DNA of 64,000 bases from contig OZ076409.1 of the NCBI GenBank assembly GCA_964187785.1, positions 38,256,001 through 38,320,000 of the forward strand, in the 5' to 3' direction. The stretch comes from Amphiscolops sp. MND2022 (lineage: Eukaryota). The translations under genes and the position numbers were made by a program. The notes beneath the pieces were generated by a model. The model was not told the DNA's origin. It was given only the letters and a program-made list of their open reading frames with translations, and did not search any database. Shown in pieces: positions 38,801 through 51,499 of the stretch (positions are counted from its first letter, which is position 1; each line of letters starts with the position of its first letter).

Positions 38801-40051
38801 GGTTGAAGTTTGATGCCAACTTGGACAACTCTGTATTGTTTTGGTCAGAAGTGCCCATGACACAAAAAATGGCAAGATACGAACCCCGGAGCTGACATCC
38901 TTCACGTCCAGGAAGATGAACATGTTGTTATCCAGTGCAATCTTCACTGCATCCTCCATCAGAGGAACAGGTTCTTTTTCATTCCATTCTCTGCAACCAA
39001 AAATTAATTTGGGTTAATGCAAAACGTCTAAAAACGGTGTTGGGAAGCTAATGCATTTTTTCGTTGTACAAAAACGATGGTCAGTGAAAAACATCATACA
39101 TCAAGGATATCTATCTACAAAAAACAGAAAGCAGCAATTTTGCGTTAAATTTTGTAGACTTGTTATCTTACAAGTATTAGTAAAAAGATGAATTTTATGA
39201 TGTCCTCTCCTACTTTTCAGACACGTTTTGAGTGTATTATGAGTTACCCTTCGAATTTTGAAGCAGCGTCCAATTTGTTGATTTCCTCGAAGGTGAAGTC
39301 CTTCACTCGGCCTTGTCCGTCGGTGGTCCTGTCCACAGTGTAGTCATGCATGAGTACTGCTCGCTTATCCTTGGTCAGCATGATGTCCATCTCAATACCA
39401 TCTGCCCCGTTCGCGGCTGCCTGCAACACGATACTTCATCAACACAAGTGACAACAACAAGTCTAATGCGAAAGATGTGTCAAACATCAAAACAAGCTGA
39501 TTCTAGATTTTCAAGAGTGTAGCTGGAAGCGCCGAAACTTCCTTCAGCTTTTATCAGGGATCAACAATTAAATTACAGGGTTCCGAAAGAAAGTTTTCAA
39601 CTGATTAATACATAAAAAAATCAAAGTAACGCAGGATTTTAATTGAAAAATTAGACATCACAACATAACTTTTCTGCTGCAAACTTCTATTCAGGATTGT
39701 ATAATGTCTGGTTATGACATATAAATTCGAACAACTCCTATTTCTCATGTAAAAGCAATCGACCAGCTCAACTGATGAAATTATGACACGAACCTTCCGA
39801 ATAGCTCCCAGTGTGTTTTCGGGTCCGTCGAGAGCGGCTCCTTTGTGAGCTATCACCTGCGACTTGTCAGACATGACAGAGACGATCGAGTTCCTGTCTC
39901 CGTTCTTTGGAAATGGTCTTCGTTTGGAAAACTTGTAACATATGAACAGCCCAGAACCCAGACCCAGCATAAAACTCACTGGCACCCACACAAACGAAGA
40001 TTCCACCAGATCTGGATAATTTAAAAAGCCCAAGTTAAATACAATTTCCAT
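29888..40051 (-). CDS. GDE1: GDE1-like glycerophosphodiester phosphodiesterase; exons 40051-39794, 39420-39248, 38990-38885, 38493-38401, [37652-37441 or 35534-35335], 30017-29888 (323 or 319 aa)
   Basis: N-terminal TM, IAHKG..PENTL, GIEMDI..TKD..VLMHD..VDRTT, FLDVK, VVAWTVN, FITD; GT-AG junctions in phase. Orthology inferred. Confidence 0.88.
30590..33100 (-). mobile_element. Decayed non-LTR retrotransposon (APE endonuclease plus RT; CR1/L2/Jockey-type) in the last GDE1 intron
   Basis: LMGDYNID, PTRV..SLFDFII, KALGPSSIP, GVPQGTVLGPLLF, QYANDT spread over broken frames. Confidence 0.88.
33454..33889. mobile_element. Foldback/MITE with ~130-bp inverted arms built of ~15-bp TTTCAACC subrepeats
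   Basis: GACATTTCGTCCTATACACTTTC... is mirrored by ...GAAAGTGTATAGGACGAAATGTC; GATTTTTG direct repeat at 33446-33453 and 33890-33897. Confidence 0.85.
34657..34950 (+). repeat. Repeat module with tRNA-like A/B boxes; second copy at ~41946-42266
   Basis: Starts CACAGAGGCGAAGCGGTGCTTCGC; contains TGGCACAGTGG and GGTTCGAATC; two similar copies, each inside a HINE-like element. Confidence 0.65.
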
Positions 40052-41721
40052 GTTAGATTACAGTGATATTTTGGACCTATTACTAGAACTTACTTGCGTC
40101 TTCAGGTAGCGCGAAAGCCGATGTGAACTTTTTCATGAACAGGAAGAAAGCCTATCAAGAATAAAGTTTTGAACGCAACAATCACTTTTAGTCAATGGTG
40201 GAGTGGACCCACTCAAACAGAAAGTCTATTTCCCCAACTCCTAAGTGGGTGCTCTTTTCGGATACTATCTCCACACAGCAAGCTATGGTACCACATTTGC
40301 AGCCAAGTGGTCAAACAATGGTCGGCTTGAAGAAGTGTTTTCAAAGTGACTTGCTAAAGGTCACAAAGGTCCGACTGATCAAAATACCGCCAAAATGCGT
40401 TATTTTTTGTCACTGGCTATACCTCAAAGCTAGAGATGCTTAGGGTCGAACGAAGGTGAGTTGAGAGAGATTCGAACCGGAGACCGCCCCAGTACAGGCC
40501 GGATGCTATAACGAGTACACCATGCTCCCAAAAGTACCGTTGAAAAGTCCGCGCAATTCCACAGAAAAATCTGCAACATGAACAGTTTGTTCCAAGGAGC
40601 TCGCTCAAAAAGTGTTGTCATAAAAAACGATAGTCTGATTCACAAGTTTTTCGAAACATCTCTTGATCAGGCAACGTGAGTTTCCCGCCAATGAAGGTTA
40701 AAGAACTATTTCTTTGCAAAAAAGTTGTAAAGAAAGTTGATCTGATTTGAGATTTCAATTGAAAAACCAATGTTTCTGACAAAATTCTGACAAAAACAAA
40801 TTCTGGAAATAAAAATGAGAAAACTGCTGTAGCTGTCAATTTTTTGCTTGACACACGAGCTGAAAATACAAGCTGAAAATACAGTCTAGTATCAGCTGAT
40901 CCGAGAAATGATGAGTGTTTGCAAGAGGGCTACTATTCTAGATATCTTTGTGTCAAAATAGCACACTGACGAAGAACAGGTGAAGTTATTCAGGTACTGT
41001 TAAAAATAGAATTAGCTCTATGACTCGGTCCTGAATTTTCTTGGGGCTTTCCATCATGCCCTTTTAAGTAAGACTTCGTCAGAGCTTGACGCTGCTCAAG
41101 TAATAGTAGCTTCTGCATTTGGGCCACAAAAGGAACGCAATGGCGCAATGTTTCTAGCTTGACCAGGATGTATGTCGACACTTTGCAAGAGAAGCTCTTT
41201 GTTGAAATTCAATACAGGTCAAGCTATTTTGAGAGAAAAGCAATAGCTACAGATCAGAGACAAGTGGAAGATTTAACTCACCCAAGAATAAGTCAAAAAG
41301 ATGCTCGACGATCCTTTGTCGCTCAAAAATTCCGTCTAAAAGGAGCGCAAAAGAGTTCACTAAGAACCAACCCAATAAAACTTGGAGAGCCGATGCGCAA
41401 GCACGTGACAGTTTTATCATAAAAGAACAACAAAATTGGCGGTCCCAACAGATTTCAGGAAAGAACGCAACAACCCTGATAGGATCAAGAATTTATTTTT
41501 AAAAAAAAACATTTTCCAAGGTTCACTAAAAATTGGCAGGACAGAAATTTTGATAATGATTCAATAACTAACCCATTGTTGAAAGTGTCTTGTGCAGTGT
41601 CTCCAACAAAGAAAGTGTGCACTCGAAGTTTGGGGTGTTTGTCGAATGATTAAAGCATGTTTTGTGGATACAAGTTTCTTTGACCTTTTTTCAAATGACA
41701 ACAGATGGCATTGTTACTCTG

Positions 41722-43573
41722 AAACAAGACGGGAACGTCCCAAGTCGGCGCCATATCTAAGGCTCAAATATATTCAAGGAACAACTATTGGAAACATTTG
41801 GAAAAAAAATGATTTTTTTTCCAAAAAAAGTATTTTCGGGAAAAATTTTTTCGAAAAAAGTATTTTTTAAAGTCGCACAATGCCGAAAAACTCAAAAAGA
41901 GGCCATTCAGGCTCATTAAACGTTTTCACAAACCGACAACTTTTAACACAGAGGCGAAGCGGTGCTTCGCAACACATGACGAAGACATAGATTTTAATAT
42001 GCGTAAATATATTATTTTAATCGCATGCGTATATATTCAACAGTTCAACTTTGTTCAATTGGTATATATTCAACAGTTCAACTTTCTTCAATAACGTCCC
42101 TATAGCACAGTGGTCAACACTTATGCCGTGCAATCGGGAGGCTGCAGGTTCGAATCTCTCTGGGGTTTTGGCTTTATTCTAAAAAGCGCTCATTATGAAG
42201 TTGACTATTGTGGAAAAAAAAACTTTCTTAGCTGGACTGCAATGCACATTGACTTCGTCATGTGCAAAAATGCCAGGGGGTACCCTTTGCTAGAATTCGA
42301 AAATTTTCGGAAAAAAGTCGCATAGTGCCGAAAAAAAACCCAAAGGGAGGCGGGGACCCTTTGGTCTCGACTCTACTTTTGGAAGCATTAAAAACTGTGG
42401 TTTAGTGCGAGAATCGAACCCACGATCTCCTGCTTCTCAGAAAATTAGTTGAACAAATGAACAAAAGATTGTAAAAAAGTGGACCATTCAGAGTGAGATT
42501 GTCAGCTGAAAAAGAAAACAAGCCGGGATCGGCCCAAGTCGGCGCCATATCTAAGGCTCAAAAATACCAAAAGGACTTCAAAATGTCAAAGTATTGGTGA
42601 ATTGGGGACCCTTTTATGGAAATTTTTTCCGAAACAAAGTATCACAATGCCGAAAAAACTGAAAGGGGGGACCATTTGGGATTTTTCAAAATCCATTCTG
42701 TCCGACAATATCAAAAAAATGAAGGTGGGACCCTTCGGTGAAAAATTTTTTTTCGAAAAAAGTCTCACAGAACCGAAAATACTCTTTGGCCCCGTTGAGT
42801 TTCTTAAATGATATAAAAATACTATTTCGTAAGCTAAGAATTGTAAGAAATTGAGAAATTGTAAGATTGTAAGAATTGTAAGAAAAGTGGACCATTCAGA
42901 GTGAGATTGTCAGCTGAAAAAGAAAAACAAGACGGGATCGTCTCAAGTCGGCGCCATATCTAAGGCTCAAAAATATTCAAAGAACAACTATTGGAAACAT
43001 TTGGAAAAATTATTTTTTTCAAAAAAAATTGAATTTTTTTTTCGAAAAAAAGTATTTTTCAGAATGTCGCACAATGCCGAAAAACTCAAAACGAGGCCAT
43101 TCAGGCTCATTAAACGTTTTTACAAACCGAAAACTTCAAAGAAATGCAAGGGGTTACCCTTTGATAGAATCCGAAAATTTTCGAAAAAAAGTCGCATAGT
43201 GCCGAAAAAAAACGAAAAAAAAATCAAACGAAAGAAAACCTTTGGTCTCGCATCTACTTTTGGAAGCATAAAAAATTTGTGGTTTAGTGCGAGAATCGAA
43301 CCCACTATCTCCGGCTTCTCAGAAAATTAGTTGAACAAATGAACAAAGATTGTAAGAAAAGTGGACCATTCAGAGTGAGATTGTAGGCTGAAAAAGAAAA
43401 AAAACTACCCACTGTAATAGTCGGGCTTTTTTCCTTAAGGGAAAAGGCGCCGACTAAAAACTACCCACTGTAATAGTCGGGCTTTTTTCCTTAAGGGAAA
43501 AGGCGCCGACTAAAAAACTACCCACTGTAATAGTCGGGCTTTTTTCCGTAAGGGAAAAGGCGCCGACTAAAAA
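41722..43573. mobile_element. Three nested HINE-like elements (3 heads, then 3 tandem tails)
   Basis: Heads at ~41722, ~42516, ~42925; tails CTACCCACTGTAATAGTCGGGC..GCGCCGACT three times at 43405-43573. Confidence 0.75.
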
Positions 43574-43704
43574 TAACGAAAATTTCGAAAACAAATCAAT
43601 GGATGCGTTTCAAAATATACACCAATTTCGAAATATGGATTTAGATCTGTAAAGCGGTCTCAATACTGATGCCAAGCCACGTTTAAGGCTCAAAAAATAT
43701 TTAT

Positions 43705-44293
43705 TTTTAGTCGGCGCTTCATGAAGTGAAACGCGACTATTATAGTGACTCTTTTTTTAGTCGACGCTTCATGAAGTGAAACGCGACTATTATAGTGACT
43801 CTTTTTTTCTATCCACACGAACTGACCAAAATAGTTCTTAAAAGTTCTACAAAATATTATTGCACCAAATTGCACTAGTTGGCCTAGCGAACTGAACCAA
43901 AAAGGTTTTTCCTGTTTTTCCGCGTAACATACCGGTCCCCCCCCCCCCTTTCATTTTTTTCGGCACTGCGAGACTTTTTTTCGGAAAATATTTTTCTCCA
44001 AAGGGTCCCCCCTGCATTTTTTTTGATGTTTTGCGACAGAATGGATGTTGAAAAATCCCAAAGGGTCCCCCTTCAGTTTTTCGGCATTGTGAGACTTTAG
44101 CGCGCCAGGGGCTCGCGCTAGCGGGCCCCGGCGCGCCACTCGGTCCATTTTTTTGAGTATGTAATTTTTTCGAAAATTTTCAAAAAAAATCGATTTTCGA
44201 GTACTGTAAAAGAGAATACTTGACACTTGGAAGTCTTTTTGCTATTTTTGAGCCTTGGATATGGCGCCGACTTGGGCCGGTCCCAGCTTGTTA
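43705..44293. mobile_element. Opposite-orientation HINE-like element with duplicated tail
   Basis: TTTAGTCG(G/A)CGCTTCATGAAGTGAAACGCGACT twice; other end GGCGCCGACTTGGGCCGGTCCCAGCTTGTT. Confidence 0.65.
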
Positions 44294-45125
44294 CAGGAGC
44301 TTTTTTATAAAAAAAACCTCGATTATTCTCAATGCAAAAAAAGCAATCCCAAAGGCTTTTTGAACGGAAAAGGAAAACATCAAAAAAGGATGAAAGGAAA
44401 AAATCGTAAAAACTAAATTCCGAAAAAAACCCTTTGGTCTCATCTGATTTTGAATTTCATGTAGAATTGTGAATTTTGGTCTTATTCAATGCCATGTTGA
44501 TTAAGAAAAATGAAATTGGTAGGCACACTCAGTGTTTCATCCCAGAAAGTAGAAAAGGTTGAATTATTGCATTCAAATACGCTTAAATGATTACTACGTT
44601 CACCCAAAAAAAACTGATGGCTTCGTAAGTTGGAAAGCCATTTTGAAACAGCGGTTTCTGTTAGTAATAGTCGCCACCGGAAAAACTCATCATCTTGAAC
44701 AAACGAAGTTCAAATGAACCAGCTTGTATATTAGCAATGCCTGATAGTCAAAGGGTAGTAATTGTTACAGTAGTGAAATAGCTAATCCACACAAACATAT
44801 GGTTCCTACTTCGCCAGGTTTGTGCATACTTTAAAGGGTGCCAATTTGAGTCGTTTAGTACTTGTTACCTTTATCCATTGGGTCGAAACGTTCAACTTGC
44901 CAAGATATTGAAGTTGATTAAGTAAGAAAAGTCACAATCAACATAGGAATATATTACACAATAATATCTATTTTCAACATCAACAACTAAATACAGACAA
45001 GTCAAGGAGCAAAAAAAAAGAAACGAAATGTTTCTGTACACATAATGGAAGTCCGCAGAACCCAGTAATGATACCAAATAATCGATCAGGACTGAGAAGA
45101 GTCCTAACAACAACACGAATCAATT

Positions 45126-48100
45126 TCAGACAACAGTGAGTCGAGGTATTTCCACCGGATTGGCCGCTTGTATGACGAGCCCCTCGTATTCCTGGATTTG
45201 TCGTCTTAGAGATTCAGCCGCCTCCTGCATCAGTACAACATCCATGCCGTCTATCCTGAAAAATATGTGATATTTAAGGTCAACATATTGAACTCTAGTC
45301 AAAATATTTCAAGTCAAACATAGCTGAGGTTTGTCGAGTCCGTTTGGAAAGTGATAAATATGTTTAGTAATAACCGAAAAATAAAACCACTTGAAAATAA
45401 AAACTACCGCCACATCAACTATTAACAGACCGATACTGCTGCTATCATAGTTGCCATCTTCTGGTCACTTCGGAACAGAGGCTTGTAAACTACGTGAACA
45501 CTAAATACAACTCCAAGAATAGAAGGAACAAGAAAAGAATGATTTAGTCGCATGCAACATTTTCTAGCATTTGTATTGCCATCTCAAAATCCCTGATTTT
45601 CAAAACTTGATTTGAGTTAAATTTGAATAGTTGATTGTATTTACTCTTCATACCTTTTTCGTCTAGTAGTAGAATTATTCACTGACAAAGAAGGCTTCAT
45701 GATTTCTTGCAGTTGCTTTTAAAATCAAAATTGGCTTGAGAAACATAAAAGCTCAATTATTTGGAGCATCGAATTTGGTGTGATACTGCAGTGGTGATAG
45801 GCATCACAGTCACATTACAAAACACCTACAAAAGCACTCATGATTATATTGTAAAAAAGACCAAAAAACATCCCAAAAACTTGAAAACCTTCGAAAAAGT
45901 TTTACGTGATAGAAATAAATCCACAACATGTATTACAGCAACTGAATATTCTGATTAAAAATTACTGAATTAAAAATATTAAATTTAAACTTGAAGTCAA
46001 GCAAGTAACTTAACTGGGAAAACCCTTGATTCGAATGCTGGTGAAATTATAACGAAATAGCGGAGCACCAAGGCCCAGAAAAAATTATAATTGCGCATAC
46101 AGTGAAACACGTAATTGCAACTCGCCTAATTGCATACTTTGCTTTATTACAAACAAGGTGAAATCCCCAGGTGAAATTTTTGCTTAACTTGTTACTTTGG
46201 CTAATAACAAACTTCGTCTCATAGTGGGTTTTCCGCTCAGTCCCAAGGTGTTGCAATTCCCCGAGTTCCACTGTACCGCTCTTGATGGTACGAAAACCAA
46301 CAACGTGCATGGTATTGTCGAGGGTCAGTTGAAAGTTGATGTAAGGGGGTAAATTTATCGAGATGTAAGATGTGTAAAAATCATTTCTAGCCGCGCGAAA
46401 AACCAAACCATGTTCAATATTGATTATTGAAGAGAAGCGTTGAACTAACTTGGTGTAATGATGAAGGTTTGCTTTTCTGCGATACAACTTCATGAATCTG
46501 TTCTCAAGGTTCTCGAACGTGTGTCTGATGCAAAGATTGTTTGACAGATTCAAAAGACTGTAAGGAAGTCCAACTGGGGGAACCGAACAAATTCCAGTCT
46601 TCCAGCCTTCTTCATTCCAGTAAATGAACCGTGTTTGCTTCCTCATTCTGCGAAGTATCAAAATACAAGTAAAAAAAGATGCTGTCATGTTTTTCGATCT
46701 TTCAGGTTTCGGGACTTTCATTGACAAAGGAATAAATCATCACTTCTATTTTTTAAACTCTCCGTGTCAAAATAGTTAGCTTTCAACGGTAGAGTTATGA
46801 CAGTAATTTCATGAGTTTAAACGGCAATCAATTTCACACCGAAAAAGTTTTGGAACATCGAAGGGACGAGAGTGTTTGAATGGAACCTTTCAATGTTTCT
46901 TCTCATATCTGACAGAGTAACATTGGATCCGCGAACCAGGAGAGCACAGGCCAGGTAAGTGTTATGCTTGGGGTCAGCTTCTAGCAAATGATACTCGCGG
47001 GAAAAAGAGTTCGTGAACATCAGATCCAAATTGCGCGAAGGTAGCTGCAAACAAAATAAGCTATACTGTTTCTACTTTTCGCATCAATTTAAAAATTCTC
47101 ATCGGTTTTATGACAAAAAAATGCAAGTAAAAGTTCTCATTTATTGTTCAGGGTTAACAGCCTCAAGTTTGTCGAATTCCTTGGCAATCAATAGATTCTA
47201 GGCTTTACAAAATGAAAGTTGGAAATTTTTTTCGAACATCTTGTTTCGAAACGACAAATAGTCTTTGTCCGGGAAACGTTGCTCTTGTTCACGCTAAAAA
47301 TTACAATTTTGTAGGAACACAGAGATTTATCGCCAAACAGTAAATTCAAAGAAAAACGTTCGAATACACTTCAATACATTTAATACTGATTCAAAACGTT
47401 TGGGATCGAAGACTTGAATTCAAATTCCGAGAAAAAAAATCAGAATTCGGCGGAGGCCAATTCAGCAATCGCATACTATTTTCTATGTAGTGTGAGAGTG
47501 GTATTATTTAGTGAAACATGGACGCCGATCAGCAACAGAGGAGGACACTCCCAAACAAATCCTTCCTATTCCCGGAACGTATATTCACCGACAAAAGTTC
47601 TGCTCTTCATGACTTTTAGTTGAAGACAGAAAGTATGTCTTTTTTGCGAAGAGAAAAGTTGACCGTCAGAAATGAGAAATGTGGAATTTACAGCTGCAGA
47701 AAGAATTTATTCACACTTTTATCTTGAACAACTGCTGTCATGCTGATAAAAACTAATTGAAAGTGAACTTTTTTAACCCGTTCTCGCCACAAATAACGGC
47801 ACTGATGGCAATTATCAAGAAACTTTTGTCATTTTCAGTGTTTCCAAAAAATCTCTAGAAAACGAACTTTTCAGAACAGCAATGTTTCGTAAGAACTTCC
47901 ACATAAAGAAAAGCCACTATGCCCATCTTAAAACATGGGACGATAAGGACAATTCAGTTTCTTCTCATTTTTTTTGTTTCGATATATTTTTTGAAAAACT
48001 TGTGAAAAAGAACTTGTAGGTTAGATTGAGAGCTGCCGGAGGTATATTATCAAAGTGGCATTCCTTGCTTCAGCAACAAAAATTATCACTGAAACATCGC

Positions 48101-51100
48101 AATGTTGTCGAAAATGGTCAAATACGAAGTTTCTATCATTTGTTGAAATTGCTTGAATTTTTGGAGTTGCCGGCAACTTTTATTATGATTTTCTAAAACT
48201 GTGTGAAAATGATATACTTGTTGTATTCGACTTTTATCGCGCTGCTTGAAAGAAACGTGCTAAATTGGGCGGCAATTTTAGGCCTTGAATGTTTGCAGGT
48301 TTCAGTAGAAACAGTTTTCATTTTAAATGCACGTTGCGGGGACGGTTCAAATCGTAGAATATTCAAAGCGTCGAAAGCAGTTTACACGCAGTAAATACTG
48401 CGCGTCATAGTCATGTGACCAAACTTTCATTCAATGAACCAATCAAATTCAGTAAAATGAATACAGCACAAGCGACGAACTAATTACGATAACGTATTCA
48501 GCTATGTCCACATACTCCTAGTGCCATAAATGCAGGAGCGAAGCGAAGCGGAGCGACGTGCCATATGGCCATGCCTCAATGTTGCTACTTGGCGAAGGGA
48601 GCGAAGCGACCGAGCCATACAACAAATATGCTAACCTCTTCAAATTATAACCTGAAAATATTAGCTGCTATGGAATTCTTTCGACGCTTTGAATAGCTTT
48701 GATGTTTTCGACGGTTTGAATATTCTACGATTTGAATAGTCACCGCAAGTTGCTATGAGTTGGACCGTCATGTTCAGCGTGTTATTTCAGAAGCGGTGGT
48801 CACTCGGGCGATCAAAGCAAAACTTTTCATATTGTTCCTATAGGTCTTATTAGGTTAGCTGTGCAAATAAACCAAATGCAGATTGCGCGCGTGTTTTGTA
48901 CTCATATTTTGCTTGTTTGTTCATCAGAATACGGTCATATTCCAAACATTACGTGGAATATTACAGTTTACAAAGGCAAAAACCCAAATCTGCGGTCACA
49001 TTTGAACACAAGTGGTGAGACTTCAGGAAATTTATCAGCAATGTTCACAGCTAACCATTTATGTGCCTGCGAAACATTGCACTGAACAAAGAGGAGAGCA
49101 TGCGGAGTTTCTTCAGGAAGAATGTGGATAAAAATTTGCCGCGTGAGGCATCATGCCGTATAATAGTTTCCGAATTAGCCAACACGATGGGTAAATGCGA
49201 CATTGTGGTACTCAAAAATTAGGATTTGGTCAAAGAAAGTATCCTCGGATTAGAAGGAGCGGGCGTTCTTGTGACGAAGACTATAGCTGCCGCAAGCGAT
49301 TCGACAGTACCCGTTGCACTTACCAAAACTGAGACCTTTTGAAGAATTGCCCGCGATAATTTTGAAGTAGGAATTTCAAAATGTTTTTTTATTCAAGGTT
49401 TGGATCGTATCAAAAAATGTCAAGATCAGAGAAAAACAGACACAGACATTCAACGAATTGATTTTTATCTAACTCGACGCCTTACAGGCATGAAACATCT
49501 TCATGAAATTGTTGACTGCTCTCGACACTTCGATCCTCACGAATAGACTCTTCAACAAAATATTTTTGCTTCCGATGCCTTTGTTGAACGATATTTGCCA
49601 AAATTGAAGAACTTAGTTACTAGCAATCGACATTTTGCAGATGAAAACAATAAAGCGACGTCAATGGTTTAATAAACTTCTGATTTTGGTTTGTCATATA
49701 ATATCAGGGTCAGTTTTTGATGTCATATTTGCTGTTTTTCTAGTTATATTGTTAGCGCTAAAAACAGAATAAAAGAGTCAAAAACTGATTCGTACCAAGT
49801 GATCAAAACAACAGATGAACGTGATCGTGTCGGCAACCAGTTGAAAATTTTCTAATTATGAAAAGTAACCCTGCATTCACGCCTGCAGCGTGTAAAAAGT
49901 TCCAGCAGTCTCGACAAGGGATGACTTTACAAGTTCTGTAAGGAATGGATTTTAAATCATTTGAGAACTCTTCTGATATGGACGCACTGTATTTTTGAGC
50001 AAAGTTCTAGTTTTCAGTTTTCGTGAAACATTTAGAGGCAATTGGACTAATTCAGTCAGGGACATTTGTCGGTAAGTGTATAATCGTGCTGAAAGAAACT
50101 TAGTTGAATGGGACTAACTTTCATATCTTTCAAAGAGAACAGAGGACACTGACTGCTGGTGAGATATTGCATTCTTGGATAAGGTACCATATTCATCGTG
50201 ATTTCATTCAAGTCCACATTCAAACTGCCTTCAAATCTGCTAGACGCTGTCAGATTCAGAAGCAGATGAGCCACCAAATTGTTCATAGCATCAAACGCCA
50301 TTTCGTCCTTCTGCAAAGTACCTACAAAAAAGAAAACTTCACATTTCTTCAAGATTTCTTTCTATTCACCAATCAAACCCAGCAACCCAAATAGTGTTAT
50401 GAAATATATCATTCCAAATTGCAGTTTCAGCTCATATAGAAAGACAAAGCATTCCGTTTTATTTAGGCTTCAATTTCAACAGAACAATCACCAACTGTTA
50501 CCAAGCATTTATGATGAAAGCCATTCATCATATTTTGTTACCACGCTTATTGGGGGGAAAACTGCGGATCTTATTTTTTGTACCCCTGCAAAAAGAAGGT
50601 TGATCTTATGGCGACTGTTTTCTTGATTACAGCAAGCAACATAGACACTATTTTGAGCATTATCGCTTTTGGGCTCACTAATATTTCAACTGCTAGGAAT
50701 TTGGAAAGAATTTGAAAAATGTCATCTATCAATTTCATTATTTTAATCTTTTAATTCCAAGCATACAAAACGAATGATACTAATACTAAAAATGAAAACG
50801 CATGTCAATCTAAAAAATCAAAAGTTTTCCAAGTCTGAAAAATGTTCAGGAAAAACGTTTATAAAAAACTTCGCAGAATGAGGGCATTTAGCATGTGTCT
50901 GAGGGATTCTCTTCAGCGCCAATACAGCGTAGTATATTTTAAAGAAAAAAATCAAACTTTCACAAAAATGTACAAAACAAACTCCCATTTCAACGAATTC
51001 GAATTTTAATGGAATGAGTACTTTTAGCATGCCCAGAATCGCGAGTCCTTTGTCTCTATACCAACATCGTAGAGTTGTAAGAACATTTACTAAACTACAA

Positions 51101-51417
51101 ATTCAAAGAATATTCGAAACTTTGTGACTAAAACTCAGACACTTCTACCTGCCATATTCTAACCTGCATTACTGGTTACTGCTGTGTCCCTCTTCACATC
51201 GCCTTTAGAGGTTGCACTAGCAGGTCGACTCTTAGTGTCTCCCGTAGAAGAGCTGGAATGTTTGAGGACGTTGTTGACGATTCTGTCGAGAGAAGTATTT
51301 TCGATAGGGAGCACAACGTCTGCGTGTTCTGTCAGCTGGTTCATGGCTAGGACCGAATTGTACGGTGACGTCACTACATCGTCCTGTTCGAACGAGGGGT
51401 AAACAGGCAGAACGAAC
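45126..51417 (-). CDS. TUBE1: Epsilon-tubulin, 3' exons only: 51417-51164, 50321-50119, 47044-46887, 46647-46450, 45255-45126; 5' exons not found in the window
   Basis: DDVVTSPYNSVLAM..L.EHAD.VLPIEN, FDAMNNLVA.LLLNLT.S.RFEGSLNVDLNEI.MN, WNEEGWKTG.CSVPP, LHHY; junctions in phase. Confidence 0.93.
48330..48752. mobile_element. MITE-like element with ~50-bp imperfect TIRs in a TUBE1 intron
   Basis: TTCAAATCGTAGAATATTCAAA..CGTCGAAA is inverted as TTTCGACG..TTTGAATATTCTACGATTTGAA; no clear TSD. Confidence 0.65.
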
Positions 51418-51499
51418 CTTGAACAGTAAAGCAAAATCATTCGAACACATATCCAGATAGAATAAAATGATTGTCAAAACAGCTTGGTTCCAAATTAAA

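Noticed and set aside
43405..43573. CRISPR-like array of ~56-bp palindromic repeats
   Set aside because: No unique spacers, no cas genes, eukaryotic context; these are element tails.
46047..46727. 226-aa standalone ORF
   Set aside because: Only 46647-46450 is a tubulin exon; the rest is intron read-through.
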